Of a stretch of 51,663 nucleotides of DNA, positions 11,001 to 19,241 are shown piece after piece (the stretch's first letter is position 1; the number at the start of each line of letters is the position of its first letter). The stretch is from NCBI GenBank assembly GCA_023247085.1, contig JAHFHC010000005.1, positions 1 through 51,663 on the forward strand, given 5' to 3'. The stretch is from Candidatus Micrarchaeota archaeon. GTDB lineage: Archaea; Micrarchaeota; Micrarchaeia; Norongarragalinales; UBA8480. Both the position numbers and the translations under genes were made by a program. A model generated the notes under the pieces. That model worked only from the letters and a program-made list of their open reading frames with translations, did no database searches and had not been told where the DNA came from.

Positions 11001-14000
11001 TTGGCTGCCGATTAGTTTAGCGGGGTCAACTGTGAATTGGTAGATGTTGAATCCGCCGGTTGTAACTCCTTCTGCTACTGATGCAGTTGCAGTTGCTGGG
11101 TCAGCTTGAATGCGTTTTGTTACGAAGTTTATCACTGGCGTTGGCATGGATACTATTGGGATTTCTTTTGCTACGCTTTTGATTTTAGTTTGTTTTAAGT
11201 TGCCTGCTATTCTGGCTGCAATTCGGTCGCGGCAAACGCGGTTGCCGGGTTGTAAGCAAGTGCGTAGTGCTTGCAAGTTTTGTCCTGCTTCGGTTTCTTG
11301 GCAAATGATGTCTTTGACAACTGTTTGTGATTGGCCTAGCACTCCATCTAGTGTAACTCCGGATGCAAATGATTCGCCTTCTTCAACTTCTTCTTCCTCT
11401 GGATCCAAGTAATTTTGTCCACCGCAAAAAGTGGCTAGTGTCTTGCACATTTGGTATTGTGCTTCTTGTGCCAACATTTCTGCCATTGCTTCTTGAATGC
11501 ATCCGGCAAGTGCATCTTGCATGTTGTCCATTGTGCTGTCGAGGTTAAATGTTTCAACGAATTGGTATTGTTCTTTTAGTGCAGCTTCAACTTTTGCTTG
11601 GGCTAAGTCAACTGCAGTTGACTCCATTAAAGGAGTACAGTAGTTTGTTCCACTGCATACGAACGGCTTGTCATCGTCTTTTTCGTTACGTGGCGCAGTT
11701 TCAAACTTGTAGTTGCCAATTACGTCTCCAAGTGTTGCTCCAATTGTGCCCGTATCTTCTGCTTTGGCGTTAAATGGTCTTAATTGGTCAGCGGTTCCGC
11801 CGGTTTGTTTGCATCCGCCGGTTTCGGAACATAAGTAGAATCCATCTTTAAACTTTGAAATTGAATTAAGTGCACTTTGGTCAGTGTCTCCTTCGTTTCC
11901 ATCTAGTACGCCAATTGAATTTGGTTTTACGCGGGCGATGTATTTTTCGCCACCAGCTCCACTGGTTACGGCGCTAAGTAACCCCACTGATTCGGGTAAG
12001 TTGTTGACAAGGAAGCCTGGTTCGCGTGGGTCTTGTTTTGCAACGTCGCTAGTGCGGTAGAATAGTTTGTTTTCGCCGACAGTTGTTGGTATTGTTGTGA
12101 ATAGATACCGGCCATCTAGTAATTGTTCGGGTTTAATGTTGAGTTTGATTTTGTAGCGTGAGTTGAGGTTAGCGTTGCTTTGTAATTCAAACACGGCATA
12201 TGCGTCATTGACAAATGTTTCTTTTGCTGGGTTCCATACTTTTGCTTCGAAATCGACTTTGCCAGCTGTACCAGCACCACTTTTTGGCCTTAGTTTAACG
12301 CATTTTCCATCTACGTTGAATTTAATTGCAAATGAAGCGAACTTGGGGCCCGAAGTTAATCCAGTTGCTGAAATAGCGGATATAACTGGCGCTAGTAAAG
12401 CTCTGCTAGTTGTGATTTTGTTTAGTTCTTCGTACGAGAAGCAACTTGGGTCAATTTGGCTTTCAGCTGGCAATATTTTAATCGCGTAGTTTGGCTCACC
12501 GCTATCGTCGTAAATAGCAAACCCGAAACCGTTGCGTGGAACAAGTGGAGTGATTTTAATTGTACACTCTGCGCCGCCGTTTCCATTATTGCACTCGACT
12601 TTTGAAGTCTTGTCACTATCTTGTGCAACGCTTACTGAATTGCCAAATACGGTGAACTTGGTTTTAACTGCTTGTGCGATTTTAGCTGCGTGTTGTTTGC
12701 CGCCGTCGAATAAGCCAGAGTCTGCAACTGCGTTTCTAGCCATGCAGCGCGTGATGAGGCCAGTGTAATAAAGCGCACCTTTCTTTGGACACATGCTTTT
12801 GATTTTAATTGTCCCTTGGTTGACGTTTTCTAAAGTGCACTTGTATAATCCGGGCTTGTCAAACAAATGAGTGACTGATTGTCCTGGTGATAAACTGGTT
12901 ACTTGTACAACTGCATTGCCGCTTCGGTCAGTGCAAACGAATGAATGTGGAATTTGATCTTGGTTTACCCATGCTATTGTCCAATTGCGTTGGAAGTTTT
13001 GCCTGCTGATGTCAAACATTGCACCATTGCCGTATTGATCCGGTGCGCCGAATCGGCCATATTGCCCACCTGCGCCGTATAATTGACCATTGTTATTGTA
13101 AGGCGATTGCATACCTGCCAATGCATCGCGTGGCACTCCAACTGCACCTTGGAAACGTGGGTCAACGAACTCTGGCCTTGGCTGGCCAGTTAATGGGTCA
13201 ACTACCCCCATGCGTTGGTAAGCGGATAAGTAGCCGCCAGCTGGTGGTGAATTATAAGAAGCGGCATCTGCATACCGCGGGTCCCATAAGTTTTGTGGCT
13301 GGTAAGAGCCATAGAACATTTGTGAAAACGTGTCAACTAATAAGCGAGGGGGTTGAAACACGTTGTTGTTAATGTAAACTACTCCATCGGCATTTGTTGC
13401 ATTAACTGAACCAAAAACAGTGCAAGTGTTTTCAATTTGAATTGCGTCATCTAGACTCCTGCTGCCTGTGCGTGGGTCAGTTGAGCTGATTTCAACTTGG
13501 CAAGAAGAGTTTGAATTAGGTGCTAGTGTAAGCAAGCGAGTTCTACCTGGTTTAAAGTTCGGGATACGGAAGCGCGTTGAGCCATCTGCACCGCCATTTG
13601 CCCTAACTTGATTTACGCCCGCGCCTGTAATTGAAACACAAGCTGGGTCAACAAAAACATCAGCGTTTAATTCAACATCTAAAGTGTTTGTTACACGCAG
13701 TGTTGTTGAATTACACGACATTGAAATAAAATCAGGTTGGTCAAAATCAAAGAAATTCGATACTTTGCTAGTAAGTGAAGCTTCAGTTGGGGCAAACCTA
13801 TCGCGTGAAACTTTTACAGTAAACAACCCCGGAGTAATTGGCCTAATGCGGCGAATTACATACTGTCCGTTTTCTCCATTGTTAGGCGAATTATCTCCAG
13901 CGATTTGCGCTGGCACATCGCCATCAAAAGGCGAACCTTGTTCTTCTTCAAATGCAATTGTTGCATCAGTAACCGGCAGTCCAGTTGAAGTTTTTACAGT

Positions 14001-16907
14001 TAATTTAAGATCCTTATTTTTACCCACTTCGAATTCAGAAGGAGTTATTTGTGTGATTGCCAATGCACCAGTACCTTGCACAACTGCGAATGCGCGCGAA
14101 TGAGTTATTATTGCACCCCTACTGTCGCCAAATTCAACGTCAAAAGGCACATTGTCAACTGGAATTTGACCAACTAAATCAACTGTGCCAGTGTAAAGGT
14201 CTTTTGCTTCGCCAAATAGCACTCGGATGCTTTTACCATCTTCTCCAACTGAAGATGTGCCACTACCAATGAAGTCAGTGAACTTAACTAACCCACCGCG
14301 AGTTGAAACTTTTACATACGCGCTTGACCCTTCAACTGCGCCAAAACTACGTATTTCAAAATTAAGCGAAAAAGGCTGGTTAACTGTAGCAATGAAAGGC
14401 GAGCCAACGGGTATTGGGTTTAGCGGCGAAGAAAATGAAACAGTTGCACAAGCTGAACCATCGTCATTGCACACATTACTGCCTTCAACTAGTGTGAATT
14501 GCTTGTCAATTGTAGTAGCATAGCACTCGTCTTTTGAGGGAGTCCTGCGTTCAAGTTTTAATTCCCCGTCTTCTGGAGCGCGGCTAAATTTACCGTTTTG
14601 AACTGCAAATGCACGGTAGTGTAAGCTTAACTTGTCGCGAGTTGGGTCAGCTGTTGGCTTTACGAAAACGCGCGCAGTTAATTCAACTACCCCGCTTACG
14701 CTATTGTAATCAACTTCAGCCCATTTTTTGCCTTCGTTGTTCACGTCATTGTTAAGCAAATCAGAAGAACAGTCGCTTCCAGGCGAGTAAGTTGTTGAGT
14801 GCATTGCAACTGGTTCAGCTAGTGTTGAAGGCGAGTAAGAGAATTTTTTAATTACAATTGGATCTGAGACAATTGTCGCTTGGTCGCCTACGCGCAAGTA
14901 TACTCCTTGGCGTGAAGATGAATTGGCAAAACTTGCAACAATGCGCGCAGTGTAAATTCTTCCTTTTTCAATTGCAGGCGCATTGATTATCTCTTTTCCT
15001 TTATCATCAGTGAGTGAAATTAAATTAACTGTTGTTTGATTGGAAAACGCGTAGGATAACATTGGCACATTCGCTTGCTTGGTTTGTCCGGGCGCAACTG
15101 AATATTTAGCTGATTGAAATGCCTCGTAGCCAGTTGCTTCTGCAATTAAGTAAATGTCTCGGTTAGCCCATACGCCATTGAGGAAACATGTACCGTCAGA
15201 TACTGACGTACAGTTAGCAACTGAATATCCATTTGGCGAATCAGCGTATGCAGTAACTAGTACTCCTGATACGGGGGTTAAGTCAATTAAGTCTTGTACG
15301 TGGAGGAGCATTGCCCCAACTGAACGCGATAATGCAAATGAAACTTTGCGGTTGCCACTTTCTGCGAATGGCACTTGAAACACGTCGCTTTGTCCAGTTG
15401 AACTATCTAGTGAAGCGAATAAACGTAGTAAAGTATCAGCTGGGATTCCAGTGAATGTAGCGGTTCCACTTGGACCAGTTAGTTTTTGTACTCCATAGAA
15501 CCTGCCGCTTCCGTCAGCTAATTCTACTTTTGCTCCACTAGCCGGTTGTAAATCAGCAGTCACTACTTCAGCATCAAATTCAACATTATTTCCGGCTGCA
15601 AGTGGCAATAAAGTAAGCGAAGTTTCACCAGCGGAAATGGCGGAAATAAGCGGAAGAAACCCTTCTGCATTTACAGCGACGTAAGTATCTGCTAATGCGA
15701 TGGTTGTTGATAATGTAAATTGTGTTCTTCCGTTTTCGTCAGTCTTATCAGTTGCGATTAATTGGTTTGAAAGAGTTGAAAATAAAAGTACATTTGCAGA
15801 AGAAATTGGATTGCGGTCATCACCTTTTACAGTTATTGAAACCAATTGAGATGTAGCTGCAGTTGCAGGAACTACTTGCACAGAGAACTCCAAGTCCTCG
15901 TCAGCAGTAATTTCACGCACTGGAGTTTGCTGCACTACAAAACCATCAGTTGGCGATTTTACAATTGCGTATACGAATGTGCCGATCCTTGCAACTTGTG
16001 GAAATGAGACGACTCCGCTTTCGGAATTATCAGCACCAAGGGGCGCAGTGGAATTTTCTGCAAATAATTCAACATTAACACTGACGGGTTGGCCAGTTGA
16101 GTCAGTAACGCGCACAATTACGTTGCCGCGAGTTGGCTCTGACTCATTTGCACTTGCCGTTTGTGGAATAAGTTGTACAGTTAACCTGCCATCTTTTGCG
16201 TTTAGTGTACGTTGCGTTGGGTCAAAATTATCCGCTTGAATGTTAAGCAACAAAATTGTGTCAAGTGAATCTAGTTTAAGCACAGCTGTGCCATCTGGTT
16301 GAGTTACAACTGTTCCGCTTACGCCAGTTGACATTGACTGATAGTTTATAGTTGCATCGCGTATCGGCGCGTGTGTTGTTGCATCAACTGCAGTTACTAG
16401 GAAGTCAAGTAATAGTGGAGGTGCAGATGAGCCAAGCCGCACGTCGAAGGAATTCGCACCACCCGTAAGTGAAATTGAACGTTCGTAAAGTGGAAAGCCA
16501 GTTGCATTTACTCTTATAGCAGCAGGGTGATTAAGTGGAACGTTTTCAAAAAACACGGTGTTGTTCGCGGTTTGTTTAGTTGCAAATACATTACTGTCAA
16601 TTAATAGTGAGACAGTTGAATCGCCATTTGCACCAGTAACGTGAATTGTGACTGTTCCAGTATTAGTTGCCGCTAGCATAGAGGCACCGTATACAACTGC
16701 GCCAACTAGCACGAGTAAAAGTGCAATTGCAACGGGAAACGATGGAACCCCTTTGCTTTCAATTGGCTCAGCAAAATATTTGTATAAATCAATTCCCTTT
16801 TCGTGTAGTGAATCGAGTACAGCGTAGTACTTGTCTTCTAGCTTATAGTAAAATGACTTTGCTTTTGCGAGGAAAGAGGAATCCTCTTCTTCGTCGTAAT
16901 CCACCAT
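8052..16907 (-). CDS. Giant membrane-anchored surface protein, 2951 aa (paralog 2)
   Basis: N-terminal ESKGVPSFP followed by a TM helix, multiple carboxypeptidase-regulatory-like repeats (V.V.D..G.P...A.V, A.GF/Y), many Cys pairs, an internal cupredoxin-like segment, many N-x-S/T sequons. Confidence 0.9.
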   Translation of the reverse strand: MVDYDEEEDSSFLAKAKSFYYKLEDKYYAVLDSLHEKGIDLYKYFAEPIESKGVPSFPVAIALLLVLVGAVVYGASMLAATNTGTVTIHVTGANGDSTVSLLIDSNVFATKQTANNTVFFENVPLNHPAAIRVNATGFPLYERSISLTGGANSFDVRLGSSAPPLLLDFLVTAVDATTHAPIRDATINYQSMSTGVSGTVVTQPDGTAVLKLDSLDTILLLNIQADNFDPTQRTLNAKDGRLTVQLIPQTASANESEPTRGNVIVRVTDSTGQPVSVNVELFAENSTAPLGADNSESGVVSFPQVARIGTFVYAIVKSPTDGFVVQQTPVREITADEDLEFSVQVVPATAATSQLVSITVKGDDRNPISSANVLLFSTLSNQLIATDKTDENGRTQFTLSTTIALADTYVAVNAEGFLPLISAISAGETSLTLLPLAAGNNVEFDAEVVTADLQPASGAKVELADGSGRFYGVQKLTGPSGTATFTGIPADTLLRLFASLDSSTGQSDVFQVPFAESGNRKVSFALSRSVGAMLLHVQDLIDLTPVSGVLVTAYADSPNGYSVANCTSVSDGTCFLNGVWANRDIYLIAEATGYEAFQSAKYSVAPGQTKQANVPMLSYAFSNQTTVNLISLTDDKGKEIINAPAIEKGRIYTARIVASFANSSSRQGVYLRVGDQATIVSDPIVIKKFSYSPSTLAEPVAMHSTTYSPGSDCSSDLLNNDVNNEGKKWAEVDYNSVSGVVELTARVFVKPTADPTRDKLSLHYRAFAVQNGKFSRAPEDGELKLERRTPSKDECYATTIDKQFTLVEGSNVCNDDGSACATVSFSSPLNPIPVGSPFIATVNQPFSLNFEIRSFGAVEGSSAYVKVSTRGGLVKFTDFIGSGTSSVGEDGKSIRVLFGEAKDLYTGTVDLVGQIPVDNVPFDVEFGDSRGAIITHSRAFAVVQGTGALAITQITPSEFEVGKNKDLKLTVKTSTGLPVTDATIAFEEEQGSPFDGDVPAQIAGDNSPNNGENGQYVIRRIRPITPGLFTVKVSRDRFAPTEASLTSKVSNFFDFDQPDFISMSCNSTTLRVTNTLDVELNADVFVDPACVSITGAGVNQVRANGGADGSTRFRIPNFKPGRTRLLTLAPNSNSSCQVEISSTDPRTGSRSLDDAIQIENTCTVFGSVNATNADGVVYINNNVFQPPRLLVDTFSQMFYGSYQPQNLWDPRYADAASYNSPPAGGYLSAYQRMGVVDPLTGQPRPEFVDPRFQGAVGVPRDALAGMQSPYNNNGQLYGAGGQYGRFGAPDQYGNGAMFDISRQNFQRNWTIAWVNQDQIPHSFVCTDRSGNAVVQVTSLSPGQSVTHLFDKPGLYKCTLENVNQGTIKIKSMCPKKGALYYTGLITRCMARNAVADSGLFDGGKQHAAKIAQAVKTKFTVFGNSVSVAQDSDKTSKVECNNGNGGAECTIKITPLVPRNGFGFAIYDDSGEPNYAIKILPAESQIDPSCFSYEELNKITTSRALLAPVISAISATGLTSGPKFASFAIKFNVDGKCVKLRPKSGAGTAGKVDFEAKVWNPAKETFVNDAYAVFELQSNANLNSRYKIKLNIKPEQLLDGRYLFTTIPTTVGENKLFYRTSDVAKQDPREPGFLVNNLPESVGLLSAVTSGAGGEKYIARVKPNSIGVLDGNEGDTDQSALNSISKFKDGFYLCSETGGCKQTGGTADQLRPFNAKAEDTGTIGATLGDVIGNYKFETAPRNEKDDDKPFVCSGTNYCTPLMESTAVDLAQAKVEAALKEQYQFVETFNLDSTMDNMQDALAGCIQEAMAEMLAQEAQYQMCKTLATFCGGQNYLDPEEEEVEEGESFASGVTLDGVLGQSQTVVKDIICQETEAGQNLQALRTCLQPGNRVCRDRIAARIAGNLKQTKIKSVAKEIPIVSMPTPVINFVTKRIQADPATATASVAEGVTTGGFNIYQFTVDPAKLIGSQGDKTRTEGITIFEVKPAGYDFSRAISAISSGLAVVPFAGLRLPEALYDWVTGETRTNEGNKVNKVSQGFPYVKVAGDRTSLATSVEFDRYQPTLLTLNKYPVMRAIVNTAREKPGTNKFDTNNCPVSTRPVDPLGLFDSCEEIRNDQADFDKKQTNEKAPFSRTLVFQAVPAKGGSDNKPVWPADYSGEDFAAAVPPEYEFRTQGGITNGITSPIISGLPILGRAFYPVGAASTGVEELKIPASDIKRYAVQVIDCKYTRDLSGNIMLDPFTENNCQPNQFAHTALFQESTANTLTITGLTGGTCDAGNACVAVQLEGKELKVAVVDGRYQDFPSSNLKVNDGVVSLTEIARDLLRYYADESYIPTTLKNVFETSANGCALIANPTSALLRCAHAAQDKTPYYFTYEPTSFINFVTKAGTIPFKINGKDVGITYDSTHGSSVGGLVYPPGSNPPSGTLADSVSEANAFILAAPNKGSGQFESMNGILKKGDAFTKIFELSKTGNGLILQKIGQGELQVSAYKYDPAKAGADEHSFTYAPIVNAPFTVDENTLSFQITSHTDQGDVLGTINLKPAYKFAFKFDQSIALQLSKVRDVSLATTRSALINDANMPTSLPLKLRCKTITNQEVVIALNSHFNAPYTFTYGYLVPEQLSSCTLLASNIDYGIVIQLPEVNGVLGTSSADDKTFTFNVAPTNPSQAIGDTAFKVKVINNLDRTTVCDSSSSTALVNVPSETPLEAQYTFGYGFDSNTLEIKQTRVLSTGNLLFESTLTGLQSTINLDAKLENAVPTEQHSVTISGKYAGQVKEVSCDFNVVPNTLPPDGCVLTGEPVFNYDTSTQKFTYTNTLTPTPIGRKFKSGSTIGVTDATGALTTIGAIAPSSINQIFEAQDIPPEAYRYVAVDNSRGRVCNPILNTAVPSCTGKQFQNGLSALTLGSSLLGVVRGDNTGAIVVDSISSGHIAYILYGLDALSSMRKVYCKYTKA

Positions 16908-17185
16908 ATTTTTCCCACTTCGAAGTCTTGAAAAAAATAGGGTTACTAACTATTTAAATGCCATGGCACGCTCGGAACAAATAATTGCTAAGCAAAAGCT
17001 TTTTCTTTTAAAGTGGCAAAGCATTGCAAAACAAAACGGAAAAAACCCAAGGCGTGTTTTCTCTATTCGTTCATTTTTTTCACAGTTCGCATTAAAAAGT
17101 CCATTACATTTGCTTAATCTTCGTTAAGAATAGTGCAAACAGTTAAATAGTATATTCATCACTTTTTGTTATTATTTAGTAACAA

Positions 17186-17470
17186 ATGGTGATTTATACG
17201 TATAATCGGACAATTGAAGTTAAAACTGCACCCACATTGAATACAGTGATTATGGTTGAAGATACCTTGAAAAAAATGAAAAAAAGCATTGTGACAATCG
17301 CCGAGCTGAAAAAAAAACTCCCACGACAGGTTAACCACAACACACTAATGACAATATTAGAATATCTAGAGGAAAGTAACAAGATTGCAGTTTCGCTGCG
17401 TGGCATTTTATGGATCCATAATGCGAACCCTAACTTGAGGCACGCAGTTAGCCGGGGTTTGGAAATATGA
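17186..17470 (+). CDS. Small winged-helix protein, putative antitoxin/regulator
   Basis: TIAELKKKLPRQVNHNTLMTILEYLEESNKI wHTH pattern; ATGA overlap with the next gene. Confidence 0.6.
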   Translation: MVIYTYNRTIEVKTAPTLNTVIMVEDTLKKMKKSIVTIAELKKKLPRQVNHNTLMTILEYLEESNKIAVSLRGILWIHNANPNLRHAVSRGLEI

Positions 17471-17826
17471 ATGACAAGACAGTGCGCGTAATTTTATCAC
17501 CAGAAGCGGAAGAGGCGTACCATACTTTGAATAGCCGCGCAGCAGACTCTAAACTTGACCGCAGCATCTTAAAAGCGATCAACAAAAAAACTGAACTCAT
17601 AAAAGCAAACATCTACTACGGCGATCCAATTTCAAAAGACAAAATCCCTACCGAATATGTCTCAAAGTACGGAATAACTAATTTATTTCGAGTTGAATTG
17701 CCTCAATTTTGGCGAATGCTATACTCTTTAATTGATGGCGAATCCAAAGTTGAAATAATTGCATTTGTACTAGACGTAAGCGATCATAGCAAGTACAATA
17801 AAATTTTTGGATACAGAAAAAAATGA
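17467..17826 (+). CDS. RelE/ParE-like putative toxin
   Basis: N-terminal VILSPEAEE, YGDPI, LFRVELPQFWRMLYSL and C-terminal H..Y pattern of RelE-fold proteins; coupled to the wHTH gene. Confidence 0.6.
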   Translation: MNDKTVRVILSPEAEEAYHTLNSRAADSKLDRSILKAINKKTELIKANIYYGDPISKDKIPTEYVSKYGITNLFRVELPQFWRMLYSLIDGESKVEIIAFVLDVSDHSKYNKIFGYRKK

Positions 17827-18251
17827 ATCACCTTGGCCACATGATCGTGGGTTTGATAATTGGAATAATTGCCATGCTAGTGTTAAACATTTTTTCATTA
17901 GCTTTAATTGGCGTAATTCTCCTTGGTTCGCTTTTGCCTGACGTTGATTTAAAGCAAAGTAAAGTGAGTAGGATAATTGAACCAATTGCGATTCTGGCAA
18001 TTACAATTATACTGCAAAAAATCGCCTCGGAGTTTTTATCCACAATAACATCTTGGATAATTAGTTTGCTACTTGCGTTTGTAATTGTGTGGCTGGTTTT
18101 GAAGCCGCTGCGCAAAAAACACAGGGGAATAACTCATTCATTTAAAGCAGCAGTTGTTTACGCAATTGCAATGGTTTTACTAGCGGGAATTCCGACCGGA
18201 ATTGTTGGGCTACTGAGCTACTCTAGCCATTTAGTAGTTGACCGGCTATAA
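17823..18251 (+). CDS. Membrane-bound metal-dependent hydrolase (YdjM-like)
   Basis: GH...GSLLPDVD...HRGITHS...YSSHLVVD motifs with hydrophobic helices. Confidence 0.85.
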   Translation: MNHLGHMIVGLIIGIIAMLVLNIFSLALIGVILLGSLLPDVDLKQSKVSRIIEPIAILAITIILQKIASEFLSTITSWIISLLLAFVIVWLVLKPLRKKHRGITHSFKAAVVYAIAMVLLAGIPTGIVGLLSYSSHLVVDRL

Positions 18252-18278
18252 AGGCAATTGATTATTAATTACTAATAA

Positions 18279-18614
18279 TTAGCGGAAGCGCCTTGGCGTT
18301 AATTTTTGTAATCCTCGCCTTACTTTTTGCTTTACTGAATCAGCAAAGGTTTCGTTAAGCATTCTTTCGCTTATGGTTCGGTCATATAAATATTTATATG
18401 CGATAAATGATCCTGATTTACGTTCATGCTCTTCTGCGCGTTTAAAAACTGCGTCAAGCTTTTTGAAAAGAGCAGCTTTTTGTTGTTCGTCTTTACCTGC
18501 AAATAAATCTTTTAAATGTTCGCCAAGGAAAACTAATTCGTGAGGGTAGACTTTGCCTTTTTCAATCCCAACGTGTAATGCCACATAACGAGGGGTTTCT
18601 AGCGAGTATCCCAT
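18279..18614 (-). CDS. Basic protein; probably the frameshifted 3' half of a leader-module gene starting near 18678
   Basis: VALHVGIEKGKVYPHELVFLGEHL aligns with the second half of the shared leader (cf. VALHAAVEKGEIDQTNLIELGERF at 49122). The first half (MPTPKEVALARQKFDEINVPRHG) lies in the neighbouring frame. Confidence 0.6.
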   Translation of the reverse strand: MGYSLETPRYVALHVGIEKGKVYPHELVFLGEHLKDLFAGKDEQQKAALFKKLDAVFKRAEEHERKSGSFIAYKYLYDRTISERMLNETFADSVKQKVRRGLQKLTPRRFR

Positions 18615-19188
18615 GTCGTGGTACGTTTATTTCGTCAAACTTTTGTCTAGCAAGCGCTACTTCTTTTGGAGTAGGCATTTTAGGTTTAGAGCGGAAAGAA
18701 ATAGGTGTTTGTAATGCACGGCGAATTCCTTTAAACGAAACTGGCGCGTTTAAAAATTTATCAACTTTTCCTAATCTTTTTCCAAGTGGAATTGGAGTTG
18801 CTAAGACACGGCGAACTCCTTTAAACGTAATTGGAGTTGTTAAGAAATTACGTTCAAGGCCTTGAGCCGGACTTGGCATAGATTGAGCTCGTACATGTGG
18901 TTCAAGTGCTTTGATTAAGTGTGCGAGCCCGTGTTTGCCTCCTTTGAGTTTAGTTAAATTTGTAGTTTCATGCAAAGCTTGAGTAAATACATTTTGGCGG
19001 TTTGCTTTGTGGAGCGCCGACATCAAGTCACCAAGGCGAGTTAAATGCGCGGGTTTTATTTTGCCTCTTTTTGCTTCGTCCGCAAATGCAATTGCTAGAC
19101 CTTCAGGGAGCCACCCGTATCGCTTCACTTTAAATTCTTCGAATACTTTGTTGGCTTCTTGTCTTGAATGGACAGCATACTTCGGCAT
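18562..19188 (-). CDS. Basic hypothetical protein with shared RHGWL-type leader module and 30-aa internal repeat
   Basis: N-terminal ANKVFEEFKVKRYGWLPEGL...RGKIKP...LG; GGTGA SD upstream; K/R-rich. Confidence 0.75.
   Translation of the reverse strand: MPKYAVHSRQEANKVFEEFKVKRYGWLPEGLAIAFADEAKRGKIKPAHLTRLGDLMSALHKANRQNVFTQALHETTNLTKLKGGKHGLAHLIKALEPHVRAQSMPSPAQGLERNFLTTPITFKGVRRVLATPIPLGKRLGKVDKFLNAPVSFKGIRRALQTPISFRSKPKMPTPKEVALARQKFDEINVPRHGILARNPSLCGITRWD
18700..18855. repeat. Imperfect 90-bp-period intragenic duplication (FL.[TA]P[IV][TS]FKG[VI]RR.L.TPI)
   Basis: gcgaattcctttaaacgaaactgg at 18721 versus gcgaactcctttaaacgtaattgg at 18811. Confidence 0.8.
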
Positions 19189-19241
19189 AAGCGCATCACC
19201 AGTTACAATATAAAAAGTGGTGACTCTTTTTAACTATTGCC

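Noticed and set aside
8551-16957. Many 60-140 aa ORFs overlapping the 2951-aa gene (and likewise within 25943..33088)
   Set aside because: Antisense shadows expected from stop-poor codon usage; no motifs or independent start signals.
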